DNA of 64,000 nt from sequence record OR896820.1, one strand, 5' to 3'. The first letter of the stretch is position 1. Every line of letters begins with the position of its first letter. This document shows positions 39,391-47,466 of the stretch, one piece after another. Made by a program: the position numbers and the translations under genes. Below the pieces are notes generated by a model that saw only the letters and a list, made by a program, of their open reading frames with translations, did not search any database and was not told the origin of the DNA. This DNA is from Escherchia phage Stokescottia.

Positions 39391-39663
39391 ATGCATCCTG
39401 AAAACTTCTTTATTTACTGCGCGGATAAGTCGCTGAAACGTAGAATTAACAAAGTCTATCATTATCGTGCTAGTCAACAGCCTTATGTATATGCTTTTGA
39501 CGGTGATCACATTCCCCTAGAACAATTATCTTGTGATTACATGATATTGAAGAACTTTGACGAGACGAAGATCTCAAGCGTTCATAATCGACAGAATCCA
39601 TTAACGTGGAAATATAAGAAGAAAAAGAAAGGCATCAAATTCTTAAAAAATGTAGTTGCTTAG
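39391..39663 (+). CDS. hypothetical protein
   Basis: 90-aa ORF starting at the first ATG after tRNA-Phe. Confidence 0.4.
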   Translation: MHPENFFIYCADKSLKRRINKVYHYRASQQPYVYAFDGDHIPLEQLSCDYMILKNFDETKISSVHNRQNPLTWKYKKKKKGIKFLKNVVA

Positions 39664-39684
39664 TTTCCAAAAGTTCTGTATAAT
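39656..39684 (+). promoter_or_regulatory. early-type promoter
   Basis: TTGCTT, 17-nt spacer, TGTATAAT, then CATAAATTGAACTGGAG box. Confidence 0.6.
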
Positions 39685-39713
39685 AATTACATAAATTGAA
39701 CTGGAGAAGCAAC

Positions 39714-39938
39714 ATGACAGAACAAGAATTGAATGAACGTAAGCTGGTAATGCTTCGCTTACTAAATATTTTCTCTGGTATGGACGGTGGAATTGACTTT
39801 GTTCTTCTACGTTCTTTCGTAGAAGAAGCCGAAGGCGAATCTATCACTAAAATCCTTAAACACATGGGATTACTTTTAGATGCTGCTAATGTGGCTACTG
39901 AATATAAACTAGAAGATCTACCGGAGCGTGTTAAATGA
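39714..39938 (+). CDS. hypothetical protein
   Basis: 74-aa ORF. Confidence 0.4.
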   Translation: MTEQELNERKLVMLRLLNIFSGMDGGIDFVLLRSFVEEAEGESITKILKHMGLLLDAANVATEYKLEDLPERVK

Positions 39939-40126
39939 AACGATTAGTTAGATTTAAGTGTTGTGGTTCTGAACATACTTTCACACATCTTCGTGAATTT
40001 AAAATGTGTGATTGTGGTAAATCAGGCTATGACTCAGGAGATGGGTTCTACACCCGTACTCTAGGGAACTTCAATGATCTAGAATTTGAAGATCTCGAAA
40101 AACAAGATAAATCGACCGTTGGCTGA
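39935..40126 (+). CDS. hypothetical zinc-ribbon-like protein
   Basis: 63 aa with CC...CDC Cys pairs. Confidence 0.35.
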   Translation: MKRLVRFKCCGSEHTFTHLREFKMCDCGKSGYDSGDGFYTRTLGNFNDLEFEDLEKQDKSTVG

Positions 40127-40188
40127 ATGGCTTAGGCGAAGGATTGCAAATCCTTTTTATGTGAGTTCAAATCTCATGCGGTCGTCCA
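40113..40188 (+). tRNA. tRNA-Cys(GCA)
   Basis: Acceptor CGACCGT/GCGGTCG, anticodon loop TTGCAAA, T-arm GTGAG TTCAAAT CTCAT, CCA; overlaps the end of the preceding ORF. Confidence 0.65.
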
Positions 40189-40340
40189 ATTTGCTGAAAG
40201 AATTGTTAAATCAATTCAGGCACGCGTAGGAACACTGTCTCCGTAATTGAAAGATGGGGCACGGTTTGGAGAGGTATGCCGCTACACGCTACGGTGCTAA
40301 CTCCGTCTAGGTGAAAATCCTAGTCAGCAATGTAAATTTA

Positions 40341-40423
40341 GGGTCGTTAGCCAAGCGGTTTGGCGGCGGATTGTTAATCCGTGTCGAAAGACAACGTAGG
40401 TTCGAATCCTACACGGCCCGCCA
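40341..40423 (+). tRNA. tRNA-Asn(GTT) with extended variable hairpin
   Basis: Acceptor GGGTCGT/ACGGCCC, D-stem GCCA/TGGC, loop TTGTTAA, 13-nt variable region GTCGAAAGACAAC, CCA. Confidence 0.6.
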
Positions 40424-40525
40424 AATTCTGTGTAGAGTTAAGTAAACCGGTAGCCAATCAGCTATCATTGCTGACATCGAATTCAGCCACAGATACCATT
40501 TTCATTAATAACTGAGGAAACAAGC

Positions 40526-40711
40526 ATGTCCAAGAATGTAATTGCACAGTTAGAAGTTCATCGTGATAGCACTATCAACAATATTGAAGTTGAGAAGAAA
40601 TACATCGAAGAACTTAAACATGATATACTAGTAAGTCTTAATCGTCTTAATGTACGAAAAGAGTTTCTTAAAGAACTTAATGCAGCTATTGAAAAACTCA
40701 AAGCTGAGTAA
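40526..40711 (+). CDS. hypothetical protein
   Basis: 61-aa ORF, probably coiled coil. Confidence 0.35.
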   Translation: MSKNVIAQLEVHRDSTINNIEVEKKYIEELKHDILVSLNRLNVRKEFLKELNAAIEKLKAE

Positions 40712-40720
40712 ATGAATTAT

Positions 40721-40797
40721 GCGACCGGGGCTGGCTTGGTAATGGTACTCCCCTGTCACGGGAGGGAATGTGGGTTCAAATCCCATCGGTCGCGCCA
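40721..40797 (+). tRNA. tRNA-Asp(GTC)
   Basis: Acceptor GCGACCG/CGGTCGC perfect, anticodon loop CTGTCAC, T-loop TTCAAAT, CCA. Confidence 0.7.
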
Positions 40798-40823
40798 AAC
40801 TAAACTAGCACGAGAAAAATGCT

Positions 40824-41171
40824 ATGATTAATGCTAAAGAAGAATTGTTACTTGCCCTAAAGAATACTAATTCTGAAGTTAAGTGTATTAAGATAGAATT
40901 CGGTTATTATGGGGACAAAGAAGTTTGGGTATTACCCGTAGGTTATACAGAAAAAGATATTGAAGATTTTCTAAATAATCTAGACTTTAAATATGATTCT
41001 GGTTTCGGTGGACAATTGCTTTATGGTAACGTATGGTTTACTGATGGAACTTGGTTAGAACGTGGTGAATATGATGGTTCTGAATGGTGGGAGTATAAGA
41101 CTACACCAGCAATCCCTGAGGAATGCCGAACAATTAATGGTGAGGTAGATAATACTTTACGGTTAAACTAA
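40824..41171 (+). CDS. hypothetical protein
   Basis: 115-aa ORF. Confidence 0.4.
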   Translation: MINAKEELLLALKNTNSEVKCIKIEFGYYGDKEVWVLPVGYTEKDIEDFLNNLDFKYDSGFGGQLLYGNVWFTDGTWLERGEYDGSEWWEYKTTPAIPEECRTINGEVDNTLRLN

Positions 41172-41563
41172 TAAAATTTCAGTGCAGAACACGGAGCTAG
41201 CAATTCGGAAGTGCTGACTCATGATAAGCTGCCTATGTACTTGCGAAGCGGTCGTGTCCAAGACTCGGACTCTTGCACTGAAAACAATCAAACATTCTAG
41301 CGTGGTTGATGGGGAAACCAGCTTGGCGAGGGCAGAAGCTCGTTCGATTCGAGTGAAAGAATGGTTCTCGTAAGTCCGCACAAGTGATAACAGGTTCGAG
41401 TCCTGTCTAGAATGACACTATAAAGTTTACTTATTATGTAGGTTCCGGTAGATCGGCGGGTCTATTCTGGCATTTAAGAGAGGTCTCGCAAACTTCTTTG
41501 TCAGCCGTGGGGTTGGTAGCCTCCAGGCGGCCTACACAATAAGTAAATTTATTAAAAATTCAT

Positions 41564-41592
41564 TTGCTATTCTGCTTAATTCTCTGTATAAT
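41564..41592 (+). promoter_or_regulatory. early-type promoter
   Basis: TTGCTA, 17-nt spacer, TGTATAAT. Confidence 0.6.
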
Positions 41593-41624
41593 ATATTTTA
41601 TAAAGTGAAGAGAAGGAAAGCAAA

Positions 41625-41783
41625 ATGAAACACAAGATAGCTCAAGTTTTTATGGCATTATGGTGTATGCCAATAGCTGTAACAGCTTTTAATCTAGATA
41701 CTTTTACTATAGAAGAAAAATATATCGGATTAGTTAGCGGCTTTAGTATACTTGGCTTATCTTTGTTGTGGTTGAAGAAATAA
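41625..41783 (+). CDS. hypothetical small membrane peptide
   Basis: 52-aa hydrophobic ORF right after promoter and SD; below track cut-off. Confidence 0.3.
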   Translation: MKHKIAQVFMALWCMPIAVTAFNLDTFTIEEKYIGLVSGFSILGLSLLWLKK

Positions 41784-41787
41784 TATT

Positions 41788-41865
41788 CTCCGTGTAGCTC
41801 AGTTTGGCCAGAGCGTTTCGTTTGGGGCGATAGGGTCGGGGGTTCAAATCCTCCCACGGAGACCA
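41788..41865 (+). tRNA. tRNA-Pro(TGG)
   Basis: Acceptor CTCCGTG/CACGGAG, D-stem GCTC/GAGC, loop TTTGGGG, CCA. Confidence 0.65.
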
Positions 41866-41871
41866 AACAAT

Positions 41872-41949
41872 TGCGGGTTAGATCTCTGGTAGAGATCGCT
41901 AGTCTCATAAGCTAGAAAGAGGTAGGTTCGATTCCTGCACCCGCTTCCA
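41872..41949 (+). tRNA. tRNA with CAT anticodon (Met or Ile2)
   Basis: Anticodon arm CTAGT CTCATAA GCTAG, T-arm GTAGG TTCGATT CCTGC, CCA; 1-72 mismatch. Confidence 0.55.
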
Positions 41950-42138
41950 TTTTAATAGGGGATTTCGAAATGAAAGTATTTCGATTAGTAGTAAGTGACA
42001 AACGTTTAGGTAAGAATACCTCAAAATCATTACTTGCTCATTATGGTAAAAATTGGGATGAAGTAATGGTAGAGTTTAATACTAATCACCCTTACTTGAA
42101 AGTTCACTCTATTAAAGAAGTATACAATGGTTACTAAT

Positions 42139-42217
42139 AGATCGCTAGCTCAATAGGTTTAGTAGCATCCGACTTTTAATCGGAAGGTTCTGGGTTCGAG
42201 TCCCAGGCGATCTACCA
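42139..42217 (+). tRNA. tRNA-Lys(TTT)
   Basis: Acceptor AGATCGC/GCGATCT, anticodon arm TCCGA CTTTTAA TCGGA, CCA. Confidence 0.7.
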
Positions 42218-42236
42218 ATTTCAAGAAAAAACGCAG

Positions 42237-42265
42237 TTGCTTGATGCTTAATTTCTTGTTATAAT
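42237..42265 (+). promoter_or_regulatory. early-type promoter with long RNA leader
   Basis: TTGCTT, 17-nt spacer, TGTTATAAT, then TATAAATTGATGAGGAG box; no ORF before tRNA-Ala. Confidence 0.6.
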
Positions 42266-42503
42266 ATTTATATAAATTGATGAGGAGAAATCCTCATCAT
42301 AGTTCACTAAGGTATTAGCTCGACCTAGGACTGGCTGCCAAAAAGCACGATCCCCATGATTCGGGAGAAGTTCTAGATTGGTCCACTAGATTCAGCGGCA
42401 ACTGAATAGTGTATTGGGTTTGCGAGATGACGCAGTTCCTTCCGCTCGAAGCGAAGGTGCTGTAGTTACGCCGAGCTAATAGCCTTAGTAAACTAAAGAA
42501 TTT

Positions 42504-42582
42504 GGGGAATGGGTCTGCATGGAGTGGACACCTCGCTTGCACCGAGGACATCAGAACGGTTCGATTCCGTTATTCTCCACCA
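42504..42582 (+). tRNA. tRNA-Ala(TGC)
   Basis: Acceptor GGGGAAT/ATTCTCC with G3-U70, anticodon arm CCTCG CTTGCAC CGAGG, CCA. Confidence 0.7.
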
Positions 42583-42587
42583 AATAC

Positions 42588-42664
42588 GCGTGATTGATGG
42601 AATTGGCATACATACCGTCCTTAGAAGTCGGGTTTTGAGGGTTCGAATCCCTTGTCACGCACCA
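42588..42664 (+). tRNA. tRNA-Leu(TAG), atypical short variable loop
   Basis: Acceptor GCGTGAT/GTCACGC, loop CTTAGAA, T-arm GAGGG TTCGAAT CCCTT, CCA; 5-nt variable loop. Confidence 0.5.
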
Positions 42665-42776
42665 AATTTGATGGTCAGAGTAAATTAAACCTACTATCTC
42701 GGTTGAGCTGTTTTAATGGGTTCGAATCCCAGCGAGGCGTAACTGCCTGGTGTGATAGAGGCATCATCTTATTATT

Positions 42777-42867
42777 GGAAGAGCAAATCGAATTGGCGAC
42801 GAAAACCGCTTGGAAAGTGGCTGACTGGTAAAACGGCTTGAGAGTTCAAATCTCTCCTCTTCCGCCA
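42777..42867 (+). tRNA. tRNA-Ser(GGA)
   Basis: Acceptor GGAAGAG/CTCTTCC, loop TTGGAAA, long variable arm, T-arm GAGAG TTCAAAT CTCTC, CCA. Confidence 0.65.
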
Positions 42868-42886
42868 AACACTTGAGGTAATAATA

Positions 42887-43234
42887 ATGCTAGCAAAAGA
42901 TAAAGCTCTAGAGTTTTTAGCATCTTTAGATGAAGATAAGATTATAGATGCTGCTGAAAAAGCTGGAATGCCAGATTTAACATATCTGGAACGTGCTATT
43001 ATTGCTCGTGATAAACTACAGAAAGAGTTTGCTATTGCTCAGGAGGAGTTTTATACTCGCTATAACGCTCTTACTAAGCAAATTGAAAATGAGTGTTCTC
43101 ATACTTGGGGAGTAACAGAAAACCTAGGTAATGATCACGATGGCTGGTCTAAAGTAAAAATTACCTACTACCATCGTAGGACTTGTAAAATTTGTGGAAA
43201 AGTAGAAAACTTCACTAGTACGAGTGACTATTAG
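42887..43234 (+). CDS. hypothetical protein
   Basis: 115-aa ORF with C-terminal CxxC pair. Confidence 0.4.
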   Translation: MLAKDKALEFLASLDEDKIIDAAEKAGMPDLTYLERAIIARDKLQKEFAIAQEEFYTRYNALTKQIENECSHTWGVTENLGNDHDGWSKVKITYYHRRTCKICGKVENFTSTSDY

Positions 43235-43247
43235 TATAATAAATACT

Positions 43248-43337
43248 AGAAGATAGGACGTAGTGGTACGTAACTGGTCTTGAAAACTAGCCCGCTGTAG
43301 TGATACGGTGATGGTTCGACTCCATTATCTTCTGCCA
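43248..43337 (+). tRNA. tRNA-Ser(TGA)
   Basis: Acceptor AGAAGAT/ATCTTCT, anticodon arm CTGGT CTTGAAA ACTAG, long variable arm, CCA. Confidence 0.65.
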
Positions 43338-43889
43338 ATTAACTATAAGGAAATCTTATGAGCAAAACAGTTACTGTAACAATGAAGGATGGTAAAAAAT
43401 TTAAAGCATGTCTTCATGAAACAGATAAGGGATGGATGGCTTATTTGCCACACCTAGATTCCACCAGGTACGGAATGACCCAACGTGAAGCTATTGTTGA
43501 TGCTTTAAATGAGGCTTCTGCTGGTTTATAAAAATTCTTGAAGTATGCCGGAATTGGTAGACGGGGCTGCCTAAAAGGTTTATAGAGAACATCCACTCTC
43601 TACAACATACCTCATAAAGCGGCTGAGATAAATGGTCTATCTCGTGAAGGTTCAAGTCCTTCTGCTTCTTGATACATCTATGGCTCAAAGTGTAACGGTG
43701 CTATTTGATGCTCTTAGTAAGACTTCCCCGACATGCGTTCGGGAGTAAGCTGCTAAGGCTAGAGTAGAAGAGTTTCTGAGAGCCGCCACAATTGAAAATT
43801 CGTACTCGTCTTGAGCTGCGTGCAATAGGAGATAACTTGATTAGTATTCTAGAACATGCTAATTGAGGAAGGTTTCGCTAACCCTGCGA

Positions 43890-43966
43890 GTTTTCAATTG
43901 TGGCTATATCATAATTGGTTAATGATCCTGATTGTGAATCAGGCCTATGTGGATTCGAGTTCCACT
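43890..43966 (+). tRNA. tRNA-His(GTG)
   Basis: Acceptor GTGGCTA/TAGCCAC, D-stem TCAT/ATGA, anticodon arm CCTGA TTGTGAA TCAGG, CCA. Confidence 0.7.
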
Positions 43967-44001
43967 AGCCACCCCAAATTAACTTAAATAGGAAATAATA
44001 T

Positions 44002-44202
44002 ATGGCTGATTTCTGCAAACAATGCTCCATTGATATGTGGGGCAGAGATACTGGTGATCTTTCTGGTTTGATTACAGAAGCCGAAGTTAAAGAAGGCTAC
44101 GGTGCTGTTGTAATCTGTGAAGGTTGTGGTGTTATTCGTGTAGATCATGAAGGCAAACGTCTAGAAGAACCAGAACCAATAGCCACGGTTCCTGTAGAGT
44201 AA
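44002..44202 (+). CDS. hypothetical zinc-ribbon-like protein
   Basis: 66 aa with CKQC...CEGCG. Confidence 0.4.
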   Translation: MADFCKQCSIDMWGRDTGDLSGLITEAEVKEGYGAVVICEGCGVIRVDHEGKRLEEPEPIATVPVE

Positions 44203-44210
44203 AGAATTAT

Positions 44211-44286
44211 TGGAGTGTAGATCAATTGGCAGATCGTCGGCCTCTGACTTCGAAGGTTCCTGGTTCGATCCCAGGCACTCCAGCCA
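44211..44286 (+). tRNA. tRNA-Gln(CTG)
   Basis: Acceptor TGGAGTG/CACTCCA, loop CTCTGAC, T-arm CCTGG TTCGATC CCAGG, CCA. Confidence 0.65.
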
Positions 44287-44292
44287 AATAAT

Positions 44293-44368
44293 TGGAGAGT
44301 AGTGTAACGGTTAGCACAACGGCCTTTGACTCCGTTAATGGTAGGTTCGATTCCTCCTTCTCCAGCCA
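44293..44368 (+). tRNA. tRNA-Gln(TTG)
   Basis: Acceptor TGGAGAG/TTCTCCA, loop CTTTGAC, CCA; paralog of the preceding tRNA. Confidence 0.65.
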
Positions 44369-44376
44369 AACAATAA

Positions 44377-44452
44377 GCGGTTAAGCACACGGGTTGTGTC
44401 GCAGGCCTTCCAAGCCTCGCTGAGTAGGGTTCGATTCCCTCTAGCCGCTCCA
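44377..44452 (+). tRNA. tRNA-Gly(TCC)
   Basis: Acceptor GCGGTTA/TAGCCGC, anticodon loop CTTCCAA, T-loop TTCGATT, CCA. Confidence 0.6.
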
Positions 44453-44468
44453 ACTTTAAGGAAACGTT

Positions 44469-44690
44469 ATGCACGTTTTTGAGTTTCGTAATAAAAGTAC
44501 CGATAAACGAGTTATTGTTATTGGAGAAACATACCGAGCATATGAACAAACTGACGGCTCTGTTATCCTGAATGATGAGAAAGGGGGTTTTAGCTTTTAT
44601 CCCAAAGAAACTTACGAAGAATTTCGTACAAAGTTTCTTCTACCAGACTGGCTAGAAGTAGCGCAGCAACGAGAACCCGAAGATGGCTGA
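44469..44690 (+). CDS. hypothetical protein
   Basis: 73-aa ORF. Confidence 0.4.
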   Translation: MHVFEFRNKSTDKRVIVIGETYRAYEQTDGSVILNDEKGGFSFYPKETYEEFRTKFLLPDWLEVAQQREPEDG

Positions 44691-44855
44691 TAACCTAAAA
44701 GTCAAGATCGATAAACAAAAGAAACGTGTAGAAGTAGAGATTGGTGAAGAACGTGTAGCCTTCACCTTTGAATTTCTACAACAAATGGCAATGACAGTCA
44801 TGACTGATAAGTCTCCTGTTATTGAAAAAGAAATCCCGTTGAAATAACGGGTTCT

Positions 44856-44942
44856 GCTGGGTTGGCAGAATGGTTGAATGCACCTGATTTGTAATCAGGA
44901 GGAGTAATCCCATTGCAGGTTCGAATCCTGTGCCCAGCACCA
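44856..44942 (+). tRNA. type-II tRNA (long variable arm) with apparent TGT anticodon
   Basis: Acceptor GCTGGGT/GCCCAGC, 3-bp D-stem with 11-nt D-loop, anticodon arm CCTGA TTTGTAA TCAGG, 15-nt variable arm, CCA. Confidence 0.5.
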
Positions 44943-44956
44943 ATTTAAGGACTAGT

Positions 44957-45124
44957 ATGTTTAAACTGTTAGTAGTTATCTGGTATAGTCAATCAAATAG
45001 AGCGAATACCTCCCACGTTATAGACTTTAATACTAAAAATGAAGCTGAAAAAGCATATGCTAATTTAATAGAACGTAATAAAGAATCTCGTAGTATAGTT
45101 TATGAAGTGACTAAACTTTATTAA
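44957..45124 (+). CDS. hypothetical protein
   Basis: 55-aa ORF from the first ATG after the tRNA. Confidence 0.3.
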   Translation: MFKLLVVIWYSQSNRANTSHVIDFNTKNEAEKAYANLIERNKESRSIVYEVTKLY

Positions 45125-45131
45125 AAATTCA

Positions 45132-45160
45132 TTTGCTTTCTCTCTTATTTCTTGTTATAA
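45132..45160 (+). promoter_or_regulatory. early-type promoter
   Basis: TTGCTT, 17-nt spacer, TGTTATAAT, then TATAAATTAATGAGAGGG box. Confidence 0.6.
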
Positions 45161-45191
45161 TACTTGTATAAATTAATGAGAGGGAAACCAA

Positions 45192-45485
45192 ATGAAACGT
45201 TATCTTTCTGTTATGTTCCAAACTGGTGGTCAACGCTATACCTATGAATTTCCATCTTCTTGGAAAATCAAAGAAGGTGATCAAGTAGTTGTACTAACAC
45301 CGCGTGATGGGTACAAGGTAGTAACGGTTAAGCAAGTCTTTCCAAAAGATTATACACCATCTAAGTCTATTAATTATAAGATGATTCATGGTGTAGTTCG
45401 TCAAGTACCCCGAGTGGACATCGAGGTCAAAGTAGATAAAGATGGTAAACTTAAATATACCTCTTGCTTAGAAGAGTTGCTATAA
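45192..45485 (+). CDS. hypothetical protein
   Basis: 97-aa ORF. Confidence 0.45.
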   Translation: MKRYLSVMFQTGGQRYTYEFPSSWKIKEGDQVVVLTPRDGYKVVTVKQVFPKDYTPSKSINYKMIHGVVRQVPRVDIEVKVDKDGKLKYTSCLEELL

Positions 45486-45691
45486 TGAGGATTACTTTTA
45501 CAGAAAAGATCATGAGTAATGGTGTTATGATCATTACTGCATGGGATGGTAATCAGTGGTGTAGTGTTTCAGGTATTAAGCCTGAAGAACAAACACTAGA
45601 AAATATCTCAAAGATTAAGCGAAGAATGGCAGAACGTGCACGACTTCCAGGTGCACCTAGAAATGGCAAACGTTCTGCAATTAAATGTTAA
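45485..45691 (+). CDS. hypothetical protein
   Basis: 68-aa ORF; TAATG stop/start overlap with the previous gene. Confidence 0.4.
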   Translation: MRITFTEKIMSNGVMIITAWDGNQWCSVSGIKPEEQTLENISKIKRRMAERARLPGAPRNGKRSAIKC

Positions 45692-45692
45692 T

Positions 45693-45769
45693 GCTTCGGT
45701 AGCTTAGCGATCTAAAGCACTCGGCTGATAACCGAGAGATCGGGGGTTTAAATCCCTCCCGGAGTACCA
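45693..45769 (+). tRNA. tRNA-Ile(GAT)
   Basis: Acceptor GCTTCGG/CCGGAGT, anticodon arm CTCGG CTGATAA CCGAG, T-loop TTTAAAT, CCA. Confidence 0.65.
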
Positions 45770-45865
45770 AATTTAGGAATTAAGACTATGCGTCCAGGAA
45801 AGTTTAAAAAAGCTAATTGGTCTAAAGAGTATAAAGAATACTTACTTAGTCTAGTAAAACATAAC

Positions 45866-45941
45866 AGTTAGTTGGCAGAGTGGTTATGCACCTCCTTCAT
45901 ACGGAGCGACTACAGTGGTTCAAATCCACTACTAACTACCA
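45866..45941 (+). tRNA. tRNA with CAT anticodon (third copy)
   Basis: Acceptor AGTTAGT/ACTAACT, anticodon loop TTCATAC, T-arm AGTGG TTCAAAT CCACT, CCA. Confidence 0.55.
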
Positions 45942-45978
45942 TTAAAATAGCTAGAGATAGCTAAATTTAGGAGCAGCT

Positions 45979-46173
45979 ATGTTAACAATTAAAATAATGT
46001 CAGCCAAGAATGGGGAACAGATTCACACAGGCAAAAGTGTAAGCTTTAATCCTAGAAATAAAAGATTGGCTATAGTTAGAGTAGACCAAGCCATCTTTTT
46101 AAAAGAAGATGAAGTAGCATATGTCATGAACCAAACTGGTAAGACAGTTTCCGTATACTATGGAAAAGTATAA
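45979..46173 (+). CDS. hypothetical protein
   Basis: 64-aa ORF. Confidence 0.4.
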   Translation: MLTIKIMSAKNGEQIHTGKSVSFNPRNKRLAIVRVDQAIFLKEDEVAYVMNQTGKTVSVYYGKV

Positions 46174-46215
46174 AGAATAAAGAGCTGAGCCAAATTCTAA
46201 CATCGGGGAGATCTA

Positions 46216-46584
46216 ATGAAAGCATATCAAAATCTTAAATCTGGCGTAATTAACCTTGTTCATGAAAATCAGATTATTCAGCTATACTCCGACAACGGTG
46301 AACTTAAACAGAAAGTTCTAGTTGAAGATCTAGAAGGTATCACACCACAATTCGATCCTGAAGCCTTCCGTGAAGTTAAGGTGGAAGTCGCACCTCAAAT
46401 CGAAGGTGGTCAGCACCTAAATGTCAATGTGTTAAGTCGTGATCAGCTTTTGGATGCACAGAAACACCCTGAAAAATACCCTCAATTAACTATCCGTGTA
46501 TCTGGCTACGCTGTTCGATTTAACGCGCTGACTCGTGAACAACAGAACGACGTTATTAGTCGTACATTTACTCAGGCGATGTAA
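46216..46584 (+). CDS. grcA: autonomous glycyl-radical cofactor, GrcA/YfiD-like
   Basis: C-terminal half [11 protein letters not shown]...[37 protein letters not shown] matches E. coli GrcA as I recall it, including RVSGY. Confidence 0.8.
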   Translation: MKAYQNLKSGVINLVHENQIIQLYSDNGELKQKVLVEDLEGITPQFDPEAFREVKVEVAPQIEGGQHLNVNVLSRDQLLDAQKHPEKYPQLTIRVSGYAVRFNALTREQQNDVISRTFTQAM

Positions 46585-46665
46585 TGGGGTTTGGATACGA
46601 TTTCTCCCAGCTACGCAAGGTAGTCGAGCAAACTCCATTTATCTCCCAAGTTTTAGGAGAAATGT

Positions 46666-46980
46666 GTGGATCGAGCATTGAGACGCCATCACCGGCAACG
46701 TGTGAAGAACAACCGCAAGAAGTATTGGACAGTCTTCCCACATGAAGAAAGCCCTAAGCGGTTAGGTATTATCACTACTACTCCTTGCATCTGTTCTTGT
46801 TGGATGTGTGGGAACCCTCGCAAATATTATAAGAATAGTAAAGCAGGCATGAAAATCTCGGAGATTAGGAAAATGGAAGCAATGATTATGGGCATCTCAA
46901 ATGATGAATTTGATGGCTTTGTAGGATTCGGAGAAGGAATCAGCTCAGGCTGTTTCGAAGATGAACGCCCCGATCTGTAA
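46666..46980 (+). CDS. hypothetical basic Cys-rich protein
   Basis: 104 aa, apparent GTG start after AGGAGA; CICSCWMCG motif. Confidence 0.35.
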   Translation: MDRALRRHHRQRVKNNRKKYWTVFPHEESPKRLGIITTTPCICSCWMCGNPRKYYKNSKAGMKISEIRKMEAMIMGISNDEFDGFVGFGEGISSGCFEDERPDL

Positions 46981-46989
46981 TTAATAACA

Positions 46990-47026
46990 AACCCCAGCTA
47001 TTGAATAAGTAGTCTGGGGTTTTTCT
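46990..47026 (+). terminator. rho-independent terminator
   Basis: AACCCCAG...CTGGGGTT hairpin followed by TTTTCTGTAT. Confidence 0.6.
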
Positions 47027-47101
47027 GTATACAGGAAAATAGTTTATGTATAATAAAATTCATCCACATTAGGTTAATTTAAAAGACTTAATGGAGGTAA
47101 T

Positions 47102-47449
47102 ATGAGCCGTACTTATCGTAGACAATCTGGTGATCAGTGGTGGAAATCTAAAGAACAATTCTCTCAAGAATATTCTTTCCTCAAAGAAAATGGCTACTGG
47201 ATTCGCGTTATTTATGCCAAATCCTGGGACGACATCAAAAAAGAAATGAAGGAAGCAACCATTCGTAATGAGAAAAAGGATGGTTATAACTGGAATTCTA
47301 TTAGTAAGAATGTTAAGTGGCATTCTAATAAAATGGTTCGTCAAGGGAATCGTCAAGAACTCCACCGCGTGATGAAAGATCCAGAAAATTATGACTATAA
47401 TCGCGATCATGACATGCGTAAGCGTGGATTATGGTGGTGCTATGACTAA
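47102..47449 (+). CDS. hypothetical protein
   Basis: 115-aa ORF. Confidence 0.45.
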   Translation: MSRTYRRQSGDQWWKSKEQFSQEYSFLKENGYWIRVIYAKSWDDIKKEMKEATIRNEKKDGYNWNSISKNVKWHSNKMVRQGNRQELHRVMKDPENYDYNRDHDMRKRGLWWCYD

Positions 47450-47466
47450 ATTCTGAAATAATTCAT

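Noticed and set aside
42266-42582. tmRNA-like gene ending in the tRNA-Ala-like 3' domain
   Set aside because: The 3' domain folds as a complete tRNA-Ala(TGC) with an anticodon arm, and no tag-peptide reading frame (ANDENYALAA-like) is present upstream.
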